A stretch of 64,000 nt of DNA, taken from assembly GCA_965153285.1 (NCBI GenBank), contig OZ229115.1; one strand, written 5' to 3'. The stretch is from Podarcis tiliguerta. Its lineage: Eukaryota. The translations under genes and the position numbers were made by a program. The notes below the pieces were generated by a model. The model was not told the origin of the DNA and searched no databases. It worked only from the letters and a program-made list of their open reading frames with translations. Of the stretch, positions 24,547 to 37,606 are shown piece by piece; position 1 is the first letter of the stretch; each line of letters starts with the position of its first letter.

Positions 24547-24688
24547 AAAGACAGGTCCTCAGCTTCCTGACGCACGACGCTAACTCTGCTTTTCTTTGGC
24601 AAAACTGGCGAGTTCTGGTCAGAGACTCTCTGGTAGAAGAGCATGTAGGCATTCCAGTAGCGGCGGCGAACATCAGGGTATGGATTTG
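24547..24688 (-). CDS. USP24: USP24 exon 51
   Basis: NPYPDVRRRYWNAYMLFYQRVSDQNSPVLPKKSRVSVVRQEAEDLS. Confidence 0.94.
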
Positions 24689-24979
24689 CTGCGAAGAAGA
24701 GATATCCTTATAGTTGACTGACCTGATTCTTGCAGCAGGAATACTGGCCTAACTACAACTTTCAGGCAGTTGTTAATGGAAATCTACACATTCCAACGGG
24801 GAAAGAATAAATTGCTGATTAAGGGGGTCAACAAGAAACATTTTCTATGGCGTTTTATTTTCCAAAGGCAGGTGGCTCACTTCCGTTTCACGTCAAACAT
24901 TTTTCTCCCCCCCACCCCCGGGCCAAGAAAAGCAGGTCTGTGCAGGAAGCAGCATAGCACTGATATGCATGCATGCTTC

Positions 24980-24981
<2 letters not shown>

Positions 24982-25010
<29 letters not shown>
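24982..25010. repeat. (TG)n microsatellite
   Basis: Read directly from the sequence. Confidence 0.9.
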
Positions 25011-25012
<2 letters not shown>

Positions 25013-25346
25013 ACACATGCACAGAAGCAATACACTACACATCACATGCATGTTTCACGTTGCTTCCTACATGGTAATGCCTTCTGTGTAGAAAAAGCAT
25101 GTTTTTGTGTAGCAACTCTGATGACACCAGTTACACTCTTCAGTTCCCAATTTGTTAAGGAGCCATATGAAAAGAATAAAAAACAACAGTACAGCAGCCA
25201 TACAGTATGTCAGTAATATATTAAATTTTTCTGAAGACAGATGCCAAACTTCCACATCAGCAACTGTGATCCTGTAACTCAGCCCTGAAGTGAGTAAGAT
25301 TTAAATGCAGGGGAAAGTGATAACGGAACACAAAATTTATACTTAC

Positions 25347-25471
25347 ACTGGTCATAAACTTTGGGTCTATACTCTCCGCCAAAGCATTCATACTCCAAAG
25401 TTTCATCATTCAACTCAAATTCTTCAACAACTGTGTCATTGAATTTGAACCATTTTCCTTTTCCACATCCC
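25347..25471 (-). CDS. USP24: USP24 exon 50 (WFKFND motif)
   Basis: GCGKGKWFKFNDTVVEEFELNDETLEYECFGGEYRPKVYDQ. Confidence 0.95.
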
Positions 25472-25972
25472 CTGTTGGTAACACACAGAAACACAAGCCA
25501 TGTTCACTGTCAAAGATGATGGCTTAAAAATCTCAACAAAGTTTCCTAATAGCTTTCCAATTCTCATGGCTACCAAAGAGATAATCTGCATTTAGAATGA
25601 TTTCATGTTAAAATCAAATATGGAACAAAACAGATCTGAATATAAAGGGATCAGAAATCATAGCAAAAATTACACATTCACCACCAGTCTGTTTCATACA
25701 ATGATTTAAACTTTATAAAGATCATCCCTCCTGTCACACACATCCTTTGAAAGGAAGATTCTGGTTTTGTTTTAAGCCAGAGCTACCCCATTGCATTTGC
25801 AAAAACTTTCAAGCATACTGGTATACTTTCATACAGAGCTTTAAAAAGTGCTGTACAAAAATGATGCATTTGCCAGTAGGAGTTGCAAGTTTAACACTGC
25901 ATGGTCTTAGCTGCTTTAAAGTACTCAAGCAAAGAATTAATAGAGCCCTTCCAGAGCAGACTTTCTCCTTAC

Positions 25973-26193
25973 CTTCTATCTTTGATAAAGGAATAGTAGT
26001 GCCCTGCATGGGCCTGACCACTGTGCACTATCACCCCAACCAGCTCATAGTTTTCTGTAGGGGCCACTTTCTTCCGTGGGGATCCTGCCCCTCCCTGATC
26101 GATGTGTCGCCCATTGTCGCCAACTTCCGAGGAAGAATCTTGCCGGGCCATTCCTGAAACTGTATAGGGTTCCATGTTCAGCATCCAGGGGAA
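25973..26193 (-). CDS. USP24: USP24 exon 49 (catalytic His box)
   Basis: FPWMLNMEPYT...YELVGVIVHSGQAHAGHYYSFIKDR. Confidence 0.95.
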
Positions 26194-26611
26194 CTGTTTG
26201 AAAGGAAACACTTCCGATTAAATTTAAACCTGAGCCCTATTACTTGTTTATAAACCTCCTGTAATTACCTAAAACACAGGGTGCCTAACCTTTAAAGGTT
26301 GAACACAGGAAATAGTTTATGGGATGCAGAGTCATAGAGCAAACCAAATCTGTTTTTCCAGGACTCAGCATGGAACTTCCAATTTTTTCCAGTGAGGAAG
26401 ATTATGGACTTCAGCTCAGAAAGCAAGTCACAATCACTTCTTTTGAAACTCTGCAAGCACCATTAGTAGTTAGGGCAGGTAATGTCAAAGGCCTATCAGA
26501 GGGACAGAGATACACCATGGGCAACATGCATACTTGGAACAGAATAAATAATGGTGAGAAGTAAAGATTCCATTCCATTCCTATGGAGAAATAAAGAGCA
26601 GCTGTGCTTAC

Positions 26612-26731
26612 CTTTATCTGTTCATCGTACTTAATGGAACGTCCACTTTCCCAATCAAATCCAAATCTCATGAGGTGGATCACCAACAAGCTAGGCAGAG
26701 CTTTAATGCACGTCCGCTTTACTGTAGTTCT
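26612..26731 (-). CDS. USP24: USP24 exon 48
   Basis: RTTVKRTCIKALPSLLVIHLMRFGFDWESGRSIKYDEQIK. Confidence 0.94.
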
Positions 26732-27202
26732 CTTAAAAATAGAAGAGAGTCACCTCCAGCTACTCATTTTAGCATCAGGGAATGCATACTTCCTGCTCAC
26801 TGTAGAGAAGTTTTCTTACAATTATGGATTTAGGTTGATAGAATCAAAGAGCAGGAAAACTATTTTCTAAAGACTAACTAATTCCTTATCAAATCATTTA
26901 CAACACGTCTTTTCTCAAAGGCAAAAACTTTCAAACATACAAATATTTTGTCTCTGCTTTGCCTAGGACACCAATATTCTGAAGTGACACCCCCCGCCCA
27001 ATATATATATATACTACCCTAGTACTCATCGAAGGAAGTGCAGAATATCAATGTGATAAAGACAAGAACACATTAAACTTGAGGGCTTGGACTAGACTCA
27101 TTCTCCAGATCTCTAAGTGTACTAACACACCCTGGGTTGTCTCTCCCTTAGAATTTCAGAGGCATTTTAACTGTCACCAGGGAAGTGGGGGAGAAGCATT
27201 AC

Positions 27203-27344
27203 CTTTTCTTTACATTTCTCACAGTAATATGCATTACTTCCTTCCAGAATTTCTCCTCTAACAAACTGATCCAATGAAATTTCCAGGCTTTGACATGAAG
27301 TGACTCCTAGATTGAGAGCCATAAAGGCTTCCTCCCGTTCATAC
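27203..27344 (-). CDS. USP24: USP24 exon 47
   Basis: YEREEAFMALNLGVTSCQSLEISLDQFVRGEILEGSNAYYCEKCKEK. Confidence 0.94.
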
Positions 27345-28042
27345 CTACACCAAATTGGATAATGAAAAAGGGTTAGACTGCAATACTACCAACTCTATTG
27401 TTTCATGGTTTAAGAGGTGTCTCTTTTTGGCAATATCTTTAACAGTCAAACCCACTGCAGACATGAGGCTTATCATCTCCTTTGATGGTTTACAGAGCAA
27501 TCTTAATTTACACTGGCTTAAGTTAAGCCTATTTCCAGCTCTGTGAAGGAAGAATATGATTCACAACACCCATTTTGCTGGCTAAGTTCTGCCGGGTTGT
27601 GAGGCCACATGACTTAACTGCAAGGGAAAGGTCTAAGTCTCTCCTTGCCCTGTTCCACCTCTGCCAGGCCCTCAGAATGCCTCCCTTTTTTGAGACTTCT
27701 GTCGGCAACCCTCTGGCTCAGACAGGGTGAAAGACCTCTGCCAGCATATCCCCAGCTGAGGAAGCTCAAAATCTGCCAGAACCAAACCCATTCATCCCAG
27801 AGGATCTTGAGTTTGGATTGTGCTATAAGACGGCAGGCTATAGACTCATGGCTCCAACCCGTCCTCCCTGCAATTTCAATCCTGGTGAGGGTTTGCTGCT
27901 TAAAAACTAACCATGGTTACTATTTGTGAAGAATTAAGTAGTAGTATAATTACAGATGCAATACTAACAATATTGACAAGAAAATGGGGGTGGGGGTGTC
28001 ATACAGGAAGGGGAGGCGGGTGCCATAGAAACAGATCTATGA

Positions 28043-28178
28043 CAGCCTTCCCTCACCTGGCAGCCTCCAGAGCTTTTGGATTCCAAATCCCATCAGGCCC
28101 ACTCAACATGGCCAATGATCAGGGATGATGGGAGTTGTAGCCCAAAACACCTGGAAGGCACTAGGTTGGGAAAGGGCT
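28043..28178. mobile_element. hAT-type palindromic MITE
   Basis: cagccttccctcacctgg / ctaggttgggaaagggct ends; gatgatgggagttgtag core. Confidence 0.7.
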
Positions 28179-28768
28179 AGGAAAGAGACTTCCCAATCAG
28201 ACATCTTTTGCTGGTAACATGTTTTCCGTATTTGCAACCAAGCTGCTGTGTTTTATTTCTATTTTTAAAAATGAAGAATTGGCAACGGCTTTTCTAAACC
28301 CTAACCTATGAGAATTATAAAGGCTTGAGAAATTAATTTAGAAATCTAATGTAATGTGTTGACTGAGAAGCGATCGGGCTCCTCTCCCACATAATCCAGA
28401 GAAGGGAGGATATAAATGGTTGAGCCTTGAGAGCTCTGTGCTGTTGCAGAGCAGGCAGGGTTAGGACTGGTTAGGCCATATCCCATGGAATGTTGAAAGC
28501 TGCCGAATGACTGACATGGCCCTGCCTGTGGAAAGGAGAATTCCATGCCTGAATCATGCTAATCTGCAAGAGAAAAAGTTGAGGGGGGGATATTGGCAGT
28601 GTACTTATCAAGAGCTTTTACTCCTTTAAAATGAAGTCACTGAATGGCACTAAACAAAGATGAAAATCAAGCACTTCTCCTACAATGTTCCAGTAGTTAA
28701 CATTAAGAGTTCTTTTTTCCAAGTAGGCTACCCGTAACTAGCAATAACCTAAGTTAAAATTCACCCAC

Positions 28769-28851
28769 CTATGAGGACAGTCCTTGCAGATTTTCTGATC
28801 AGAGTAGATTCCCTGGAAAGTGTTCTTAAATATTTGGTCTCGCCCTATTTT
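28769..28851 (-). CDS. USP24: USP24 exon 46
   Basis: KIGRDQIFKNTFQGIYSDQKICKDCPH. Confidence 0.93.
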
Positions 28852-28959
28852 CTGTAAGAGATAAAAAAAATGCTAATAGCAACTAGCTTATACATGAAGT
28901 GGCTGTTAATGAAAAGAATTACTGTGTAATTATAACACCATAACAAACATAAAAATAAC

Positions 28960-29058
28960 CTTGAGGTATTCATCCATCTGATCTATAAGACTTGTGAAGA
29001 ACTCATAAGCATCTTGTTGTTCACGTACATAGAGCTCCTTGTTCCACATCTTGAAGAT
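28960..29058 (-). CDS. USP24: USP24 exon 45 (QQD box)
   Basis: IFKMWNKELYVREQQDAYEFFTSLIDQMDEYLK. Confidence 0.94.
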
Positions 29059-29233
29059 CTAAAATATAAAATGTATTCCATAGAGTCACTGCTTTAATAT
29101 ACTGAGACTCTTAAGGAAAGCATTAGATGCTTCTTAGTTCCCTGGAAAAAGCTTGCCACCCAGTGGAAGGAGAGGAGAGCATCCCAGTGATCAGCACCAC
29201 TGGATTGTGACCAATAGGGAGAACTATATATTA

Positions 29234-29422
29234 CAGTTGCACCTTGGAAGTTGAACGGAATCAGTTCTGGAAGTCCATTCAACTTCCAAAATGTTTGGAA
29301 AGCAAAGTACAGCTTCTGATTGGCTGCAGGAAAATAGTTTGCAAACTGGAACAGTCATTTCCAGGTTTGCGGCATTCGGGAGCCAAAACATTTGAGAACT
29401 AAGCTGTTCGAAAACCAAGGTA
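29234..29422 (-). mobile_element. Second copy of the 3419-3659 mariner MITE, inverted and truncated
   Basis: ta|cagttgcaccttggaagttgaacggaa...tccattcaacttccaaaatg is the reverse complement of the 3' end of the first copy. Confidence 0.75.
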
Positions 29423-29517
29423 GATATTCAAACAGGTAAGAGTCCTTTTAGTATTGCTGCGTTTCAGTATGTTTAGACCTAAATCTACATGTTAAAATTG
29501 GGGGTGGGGAGAATTAC

Positions 29518-29643
29518 CTTCCAGAAATTTTCAGGTATGTAATACTGCAGCTTGCTCTCCATTAAGTGACCAAAGAGTGACTGAACTTGGTAGAACACAT
29601 TGTCATCGGGATTGTCCATGTCATCGTCAATCGAAAGCAATGC
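29518..29643 (-). CDS. USP24: USP24 exon 44
   Basis: ALLSIDDDMDNPDDNVFYQVQSLFGHLMESKLQYYIPENFWK. Confidence 0.93.
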
Positions 29644-30701
29644 CTTTAGAAACAATTGACAAGGAAAGTTATTGAAAATGCATCACACTTAGGAACAGTT
29701 CAGTGTCGTCAAGAGTTGGTAAGAGCAGTAACCAAGGTATTTAATATTAATATTCAACATACCCAGAGCTTCCTTATTAACTGTTCTCAACTTCAACAAG
29801 CATACTGGTTAGGAAGATGGAAGGGACGAAAAGTAGGGCAACATGGCTGGCCTCACTGAAAGGCTTCTCACCAAACTGCACTACCTCAAAGGACTGGAAT
29901 TCATTCTGTCCCCTTATAGGAACTGGGTGGAGGAGAGATCACAAGGCTCCTGTATCTGTCCTCCAAGCAAAGCAGGAGCAAGAGCCTGGGCTTCAAATGC
30001 CCATGTGCTCCAACTATGGCCCAGGTGGGCCCAGAGATATTCTTCAAAGGAAGGGGAAAGAGGGTGAGCAAGCTCCAGCTCTGTGTTTAGCCTCCAAACC
30101 TTTTCAGAGAAGAAAAGGAATCCTGCTGCTATCTGGGAGGCTTGGGGATGATGGGCCAATTGTGTGTGTGCTTCTCCTGTTGTTTTGTTTTTGGTGCTTG
30201 TGTTTGTGTGCAATTTGCTTTTGTTGTTTGGGGCTGGGTGTTCTCCTTGCTTTTAATTATTTCCAAAGCTATGCTTTTTGTCACTGCTGGGGTATGCGTG
30301 TTTTGCCTGGTTTTTACTGTGTTTATTTTGTGATGTATGTGTTTTCCTGGGGATGCTGCATGTTTGTTTTGTCTGTATTTTGTCATCTACACAAGTGTTT
30401 TGCCTGTGTGAGCGTCAACAGTTTTTATTCTATGACATGGGCATTTTATGGTGTCCCAGAAAGTTTTGGATTTCTAAATGTGCCTGAGCCAAAACCCTAT
30501 CACCAAGGTTAGAGATCCCCTCATTTACTACATATGAATCTCAGCCTTGTAATTTCTGAACTAGGTAGTTTTGGATTTACCTCAGAGTTGTGGCCCATTT
30601 TCATGATTCAGCACTCCTTCCTTCCCAGAGTCCAGACTATATGTATGAAGCTAACAGGCATCCCAAAATAATTTGCTTTAAGAACATTAAATAAAGATTA
30701 C

Positions 30702-30821
30702 CTCGGGAAGTCCTGGCTGCATATAGAGCTGTTGGAAGACTGCATTCATGTAACATGTTGCACCTCCGTTTTTTAGCCCCACAAATCCTGAAATGGATCG
30801 ACCGTCTACAGGTGGGAGATA
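30702..30821 (-). CDS. USP24: USP24 exon 43 (catalytic Cys codon at 30753-30755)
   Basis: [40 protein letters not shown]. Confidence 0.95.
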
Positions 30822-31062
30822 CTGGAAGATAGGGAGGCAGAGAGCAGAAATTTGTAGCAAAGAACTTTTAAAGCATTAATGGATATAATTATTAGAAAAA
30901 CTGAATATCCAAGAGACTTTCAAAAAATATTCATTATGGTTCCTTCCAACGCTACAATTCTATGACTCTCATTGTTTAATCCATTCTGAAGATCTGACAT
31001 TTAGCTTCATATATACATAGCTGGAGTGAAAAAAATTACCTCCATTGAAGTAACGCACTTAC

Positions 31063-31207
31063 ATCAAATTCCTTGGAAAGAGCTGGATCAAGCTGGTGAT
31101 GCATAGAGAGCAGCTCTTTTGTAATAAGCTGTAGATTTGAAGGCGAGCTATCTGCCAGCATCACCAGCACTTCATATGCTGCTAATCGGCTATTCACTGT
31201 ACTGCAC
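31063..31207 (-). CDS. USP24: USP24 exon 42
   Basis: CSTVNSRLAAYEVLVMLADSSPSNLQLITKELLSMHHQLDPALSKEFD. Confidence 0.93.
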
Positions 31208-32168
31208 CTAGAAGGGAGCAAAAAGAATCTGTTCATGCTGCATATTCAGTTTTCATACTAGCAAGATATATCAAATGACCTACTTCCAATAGTTGCCAAA
31301 GGGAATCCAAGTAAAGTTTAATGCCCATCTGTGCAGTCCAATTTTAAAACCGTTCAGGGCATTTTTATTTCCTGGACCAGTGGATGTTATTTATTTTGCA
31401 GAGGAAGGCAAGGAATAAAAAAAGCCTGTGTGCTTATCATTCCCTCCTAAAGAAAGACTGGTTCCAGGATGTAAATAAAATGACACTTAAGCAGAAAAGT
31501 GCCTAGATTTCTGCATAAAATCCCAAGCTCAGTGGCTAAGTTAAGTTACACCCATAAGAGAAATTTACGAAAACAGTTAAGCTGATTTCTTTGTTTCTGG
31601 GTATGGCATTCAACATTTTAAGGGAGTTATGGACTGTGATAATGCACGGGTCAGCTACACCGGCCCTATGGTCCAATAAATTATTCAGATGCCTTTGTGC
31701 TTCTGAAAGAGGGATTGAGCTTTGCTTTTTAAAACAACTGAGCCCTTTGGATTTTGTAATGGACCGACTATACCCATTCAAATTATGCACAGTAAAAATA
31801 AATAGTTCTGGAAGAGCATTTGCAATATTGCTTAATAATCTTCAAGAATTTGAAATGTGATTCTCCACAGATATGGAACATCATGTTCTAAAAATGTAAT
31901 AAAGAACATGAGAGCAATATAGATGATTTATAATTGAGTAGTATTTCAATATGTTTCTTAATAGCCTCTCTCAGGAACCACATTTATTCTCGGTTATTTA
32001 ATTTCTCGGCACACTCAAGCACTGCTTATGAAGTTTACTTCAATGTCTTTTTTAAAAAAAGGAAATTGTTCCATTCTGCACAAAGCTGATTGACTATTCA
32101 AGGATGGTAGATCTGAGCCCTCTGTGCTTCTTTGTTTAATACAACAAAAGTCCTCATGCACTCTTTAC

Positions 32169-32286
32169 TTTGGATGAAAGTCTTGCTGAGTGGCAGCCAC
32201 ACTGCCAGCTGGAGAATGGCTGTTCAGAATAATCCTAGATGCTCGGAAGAGGAAGTCATCTAATAATGGTTTGATCAAAGACGAAC
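32169..32286 (-). CDS. USP24: USP24 exon 41
   Basis: SSLIKPLLDDFLFRASRIILNSHSPAGSVAATQQDFHP. Confidence 0.93.
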
Positions 32287-33066
32287 CTATAAAGGGAATA
32301 ACACTATGTTCAATGTTGACCGTTACATGATTTATAATAAATGATCATGCAAGAAAAAGGTGTCCAGTGAGGGATCATGCTTTTCCTATCATCTCTACTT
32401 AAACAGGTCATAGGAAGCAGAGCTGAGAAAGGTCTTACTGGATAACTGCTGCCAGTCAGAACAGATGGCTTCACCTTGGCAGAACACAAGCCGGACTATA
32501 GCAACTTTCACTGTATTTAAAGAGCACCTCCACCAGAGTCTCCCCTCCCCTTTACTAAAACAACTAAGCAATGATTATCAAATGGCATCACATGCTGTTC
32601 CTGTTTTATTGTAAGATACACATACAGCTATCCGCACCCCAGAGAACGGTTATTTTTGTAATAGTTTATGACCAAAGCACTACGAATCAAATGTGGAAAA
32701 CAGCAAATAATTTTCATTTAAGACCACTGCTATTTGAAGTATGTTCTAAGCAGGCAGGAAAGTGAGACAACCTCTGCTCACTCAGGTCTTATCCTAAGAG
32801 ATAGTTGTTCATACTGCCAAATTTGCTGCATTTGCTTATTTGCCTGAAAGCTTAAACCTTGCTCCACAAAGGAGGTGAAGAACCATTCTCTTTCCACTGT
32901 GAAAATTAGAACTCTTGTTGCCTGTGGCAACCAGATGCAAGCAGCCTGACCTGACAAATTAGGAATTCTTGTGATCTGAAGCCTGAGCGATCTCAGCAGC
33001 GAGGAAGAAATGAAATCGCTAGGTTTAACATTGTAATGACACAACTAAACACTGAAAGCAAGTTAC

Positions 33067-33258
33067 CTAGCATTTCCTTCTCTGTTCCGCAAAGTGACAG
33101 GAGGGTCTTAATGAGCCTCAAATGTCCCGCCAACAACACATTGTCAGCTTCACTGGTTTCACATTCAGCTGCACGGGTAGGTTCAAAGTTATCCAACCAC
33201 GTGATCTCATCCTCCAACATAGCAGCTGGGCTAATCTTTAGCTGTTCCATTTCTGAAG
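33067..33258 (-). CDS. USP24: USP24 exon 40
   Basis: SEMEQLKISPAAMLEDEITWLDNFEP...LLAGHLRLIKTLLSLCGTEKEML. Confidence 0.93.
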
Positions 33259-34081
33259 CTAGGTAAGAAAAACCACATGGGTTAAGCCTACAGAACAGAT
33301 GGACAAACTTAGGTTAACATTTTGTTTCATATAAAAGATATCATTTAGCTTAAAATGAACACAGAATTATTTTTTGGAAATGAAATGTCAAGACACAGGT
33401 AAACGTTCCCTTTTTTTTTTTTTAAAAAAAAAGTTATTATAAGGGAGAATAGCATTTTTTGGCTCTTTTGCCTTTCTATCACTTGCTCATACTCCTACAT
33501 ACATCCCCTAGTGGCAAAGAACATGCATGCATTATCCTGGCCACTCTTCCTAGTTCTATAAAACAATGTGAAAAAAGCCAAAGTGGCTCTTGTATGTTAT
33601 TTCCATCCGCAAGAAAGTCGAATGCTATGGTAGTTGTAGTGTGTAGTTTCTTATGGTCTTGAAAAGGTAGGAAATGGTAATAATAATACTTTTATTATTT
33701 ATACCCCGCCCATCTGGCTGGGATAGTACTGCTACCCACCTGTGTGCTCAGAGTCAACTACTAATCACTTGAGACAATTAGACTGCACACTAAAACTAAA
33801 GAGAAGACCCAGGCAAAAAGTTCATGAGAGAGGCAGATGATCTTTCACTTGACCTCTGAAACAGAGTTTTTAGCCCATGCAAATACAGTTCTGCACAGAA
33901 CTACAAGGACACAAATAATGGAGGAAGGATAAGAACCCAAGAGAAACAAATTTCTCTCTCTCCATAAGCGCAATCAATATTAATTCTTGACTCAACTTCG
34001 ATGGCACTGTTTACCATGTGGGTAAGGGACGTTTTCTTATGGTACATTAAGTTTCAAGTAGTTTTGATTCCTATTACTTAC

Positions 34082-34143
34082 ATGTGAGATCGTCCAATAA
34101 CTGGCATCTAAGGTCAAAGTACTCTGTACACTGGGACAAAAGC
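34082..34143 (-). CDS. USP24: USP24 exon 39
   Basis: LLSQCTEYFDLRCQLLDDLT. Confidence 0.92.
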
Positions 34144-34936
34144 CTAAAAGCAAATTCAGGCAATTAATATTGGGAGGGGGGGGGAGGAATCTCAGAAGCA
34201 TATAAAATATTTACAGAAACCTTTACTTTCCCAGGTACCATGTACACATGCAAGATGTTTATTCAGACCTAGCCAACATGTTGACTTACATTCTATGCTA
34301 TAAAACAAAGGTTTGCTTTTATTTTAAGTTCACAGTAGTGAATTGTTTGTAACGATCATCATCATTCATCCCAGAATAATATGTTGAAATGCTATCAGCT
34401 TAAAATCCCCTTCTCTGAAAGCAGATCTGGGATTTGGTGTTCATATTTAATGTTTAACTTTTAAAGCAAACATTGCTGCACATTCAACATCATGGATGCT
34501 TATGTTCTTATTGGAAATCTAATGGTAACAGGAAGAAGACTGATGTTTTGTTATTGGCATGTATGTAATTTTAAAACAGCACTCCCCCCCCCCCCCCGCC
34601 ACAGCGCTATTGGTTTTTTGTGCATTTACTATGATCAACAAATCTAAAAGTAAGTTAGCATAGTATGCTGGCTGATGCTACTGCCTCCAAATGCTTATCC
34701 TCTCTTTGTACTGGGTAGATTGTGGTTCAATGCTGCAGTATGATTCAGTAACTTCCTGGCTATTCAATTCCTATTCAAGCAACCACAGGGGAAATCATAA
34801 CTTCTCAGTTCACTTCTAGCACTCTTTCTCCCCCGTTTCACAAGTTTTTACTGCACTTGTCTTAAATAAGCATTTAAGACAAATGCTTATTTTTAATTCT
34901 TACATTCTCTATTGAACAAACATGCCTCCAACTTGC

Positions 34937-35097
34937 CTCTGGTTGACGCCTCTCATGATGCTGGTAGGTGACCAGAGCGGCAGCTGAGCAGTAAGGACGA
35001 CACTCAAAAGAAATTGGTTTGGTTTTTGTATATCAGGGTGAGCTGATGTGTCTGTCTGACTGAGGGTATACAATTGGTCACAGGCCACGCGACGAAT
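34937..35097 (-). CDS. USP24: USP24 exon 38 (GC donor)
   Basis: IRRVACDQLYTLSQTD...AQLPLWSPTSIMRGVNQ AG|gcaagt. Confidence 0.9.
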
Positions 35098-35623
35098 CTG
35101 GAACAGGGCAGAAGCACATGTCAGATCACAAAACCTAATACCAGTGTCTTAGAAAACTATTAAAACACTCAAGTTACTATCGTAATTTGTCCAAGCTAGC
35201 TGAGACAGACAAGCATGTAAGGAACAGAAGTGACCATGCAGGCTCTTTCTTGAGTGGGCACTAGGACAGCACCAAGTGTTGTCATCCTCCAATTGCCCAC
35301 TTGAGGCAGGAAAAAATGTCATCAATCCATTGCTGCTTTTGAGGCAAATCTTAGTTTCAGTTTTAAACTGGCACATCTGTATAAAGTATGATAAAAAATG
35401 CTGGCAGTTAATTTAATTCCCAGAAGTCCAGTCCTCTAAAAACACAGCTTTCTCATCCTAGGAACTTGCTTGCTTGAAAGTCAGTGGCATAGCCGAAGTA
35501 ACTTCACCTGTAGCAAATGTTTTTCAGCTGCCACTGGCACGAGCACTTGGTCCATGCTACAGGGCAGAACATGCCCTGCTCTCTGCAAGAGAACTGCTCT
35601 GAATATAAATGCAAGCACCTTAC

Positions 35624-35694
35624 CTCTGCACTTGGCGAGCCAAGTAGTATGTCTATGATAAAGTCAGCAACACAAGGGAGGTTGTAAAAAGATC
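35624..35694 (-). CDS. USP24: USP24 exon 37
   Basis: SFYNLPCVADFIIDILLGSPSAE. Confidence 0.93.
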
Positions 35695-35970
35695 CTAAGA
35701 AAAACACAATGTGGATTGTCACAATTTCTTTCGTGAGAAAGCACTATAGTACTTAATACTCCTAGCATTAAAATATCATTGGGAAAATCTAATAGAATCA
35801 TTAGCGTTATATGGCGTTACAGTAAAATGTGGGTGCCAGATATAAGCAGAGGTTGAGAGAAAGTGAAAACAGAGCTGGATGGTAACAAATTGGGACTGGG
35901 TCTTTGTGGCACAATTGTATGTAGGGTCAGGAAACAACAGAAAAGCTTCATCCACTTCTCTCAGACCTAC

Positions 35971-36126
35971 CTAGCTGCTGACTGCGGAGCTGTAGGCATG
36001 TAACTAAGAGAGACAAGGCCTCTCCTGCAATCAGTGCATCTTTGGTGGATACAGAATGCTGCCTCACACAGATCCCAGCATGCAGAGCTGTTGGTTCTCC
36101 TTCACTCCCTGAACTGCAATTGCTTC
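35971..36126 (-). CDS. USP24: USP24 exon 36
   Basis: SNCSSGSEGEPTALHAGICVRQHSVSTKDALIAGEALSLLVTCLQLRSQQL. Confidence 0.93.
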
Positions 36127-36283
36127 CTGCAATATGTTAACAAGTGACAAAAGATTAAAAGAAGTGTAGATCTCTCAAGTTAGGAATGAACAGCTACAGT
36201 TGTGATAAAGTCTTATGAGCAACACAGAGCTGAGGTCATTGCCAAATCTCAGCTGTTTCAATTCTGTCAAGTCAGTGGCGTAC

Positions 36284-36443
36284 CTGAGCTGCTAAGACGG
36301 TTACGAATGCCAACAGGGAACAGCGTGTTGCTTTCTTTGATCGGCTGGCTGCTTCCCACCAGGTCAAGCCGCCCTGCAGCAGCAGCCCATGAGAGTCGCA
36401 TAAAACAAGCAACTGTGGAAGTGAAGTCGTTTGCTTCCATTGT
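36284..36443 (-). CDS. USP24: USP24 exon 35
   Basis: TMEANDFTSTVACFMRLSWAAAAGRLDLVGSSQPIKE...RLSSS. Confidence 0.93.
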
Positions 36444-36666
36444 CTGGGGGAAAAAAAAAAAGAATTCTTGTTCAAGATACCAATGTGTTAGGCCAGAAAA
36501 GCACTTACAGGTGACATCAAATCCAAGGAACATAGTTGGAAACAGGAGAAAAACTCTGGTTTTCTGGCAGTGTGTCATTTTTTTAAAAAGGTACTAAAAT
36601 TCTGCAGAGCAGATGTTTGAGCTCTGCCTTTAGCAGGGCTACTGCTGCCACATTAGACCTACTTAC

Positions 36667-36895
36667 TTGGATTGCAACCCGTGCAGCAGGAATGATCTCC
36701 TCCACTCTGATAGAGGACCTGTCTGACACAGATAGCTGGCGATAAGAGGACTTCTCTGGGGTTCCACACATTGACATCTGCCTGGTAGTCTGCCGGCTCA
36801 CATTACGGAATGGGCGTGACGATAGTGTTTCCACTCCATGTTTAACAATATCGTCATCAAGAAAGGTAGGCATGGTTTGCCCAACAAGCAAAAAC
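36667..36895 (-). CDS. USP24: USP24 exon 34
   Basis: FLLVGQTMP...GTPEKSSYRQLSVSDRSSIRVEEIIPAARVAIQ. Confidence 0.93.
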
Positions 36896-37013
36896 CTAAA
36901 CATAAAAAGAATTGTGTTGTTTTGAACAGTGAAGGCACTATGTACCTTAGGAAGATCAAACACTGAGCAGATTAGGGTCATGCATATCTACCTTTGAAAA
37001 ATCAATCACATAC

Positions 37014-37109
37014 CTTGCCAGCTGCAGACAGATTGAATAAACTCCCTGTCTTGTTTCATAATCCACTTCTGATGGGATGGAGTCTCTCTGCATAACATTC
37101 ACCACCAAA
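37014..37109 (-). CDS. USP24: USP24 exon 33
   Basis: LVVNVMQRDSIPSEVDYETRQGVYSICLQLA. Confidence 0.93.
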
Positions 37110-37461
37110 CTGGAAAATAAATTTAGAGATTTTTAATTAAGACAAGAAACATATAACACATGTAGAAGTCTGTTGGTTGAAAATATTTCCCTGTATTGAT
37201 GAGGATTAGTATAATGTGTTAATCACTTAAAACAAAGCAGCCTCACTAACACTATCACTAAATCAGGGAGCCAGTTGACAGGCTCCACCAAATTCTGTCT
37301 ATCAGCAGGTGAAACGGGGGAAAGCAAGGGCTCTGATGTAAATCAACTTTTTTCTGCACTGCACAATGTTCTGGACACCGATCCAATGACTGTGCCATCA
37401 CAATAATGGCAGCACCTGTCACTTCCTTCCTTTCTGTGGTCCAAAGGCATACTCTTCTGTT

Positions 37462-37606
37462 GGCGTGTTATGGCTCAGTTGGTTAAAGCATGGTGCTGAT
37501 AATGTCAAGGCTGCAGGTTCAATCCCTGTATGGAACAGCTGCATTGCAGGGGTTTGGACTAGATGATCCTCAGGGTCCCTTCCAACTCTACCATTCTATG
37601 ATTCTA
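37462..37606 (+). mobile_element. tRNA-derived SINE with CR1 3' tail (Squam2-like)
   Basis: A box tggctcagttgg, B box ggttcaatccc, then gcattgcaggggtttggactagatgatcctcagggtcccttccaactct..attctatgattcta. Confidence 0.8.

Noticed and set aside
29817-30512. Longest listed ORF (231 aa, + strand)
   Set aside because: Low-complexity C/F/L/V-rich translation of a T/G-rich repeat, antisense within a USP24 intron; no domain motifs or splice support
37471-37533. tRNA-like sequence (also heads at 42731 and 62182)
   Set aside because: Broken stems and a fused CR1-derived or SINE body identify SINE heads, not tRNA genes
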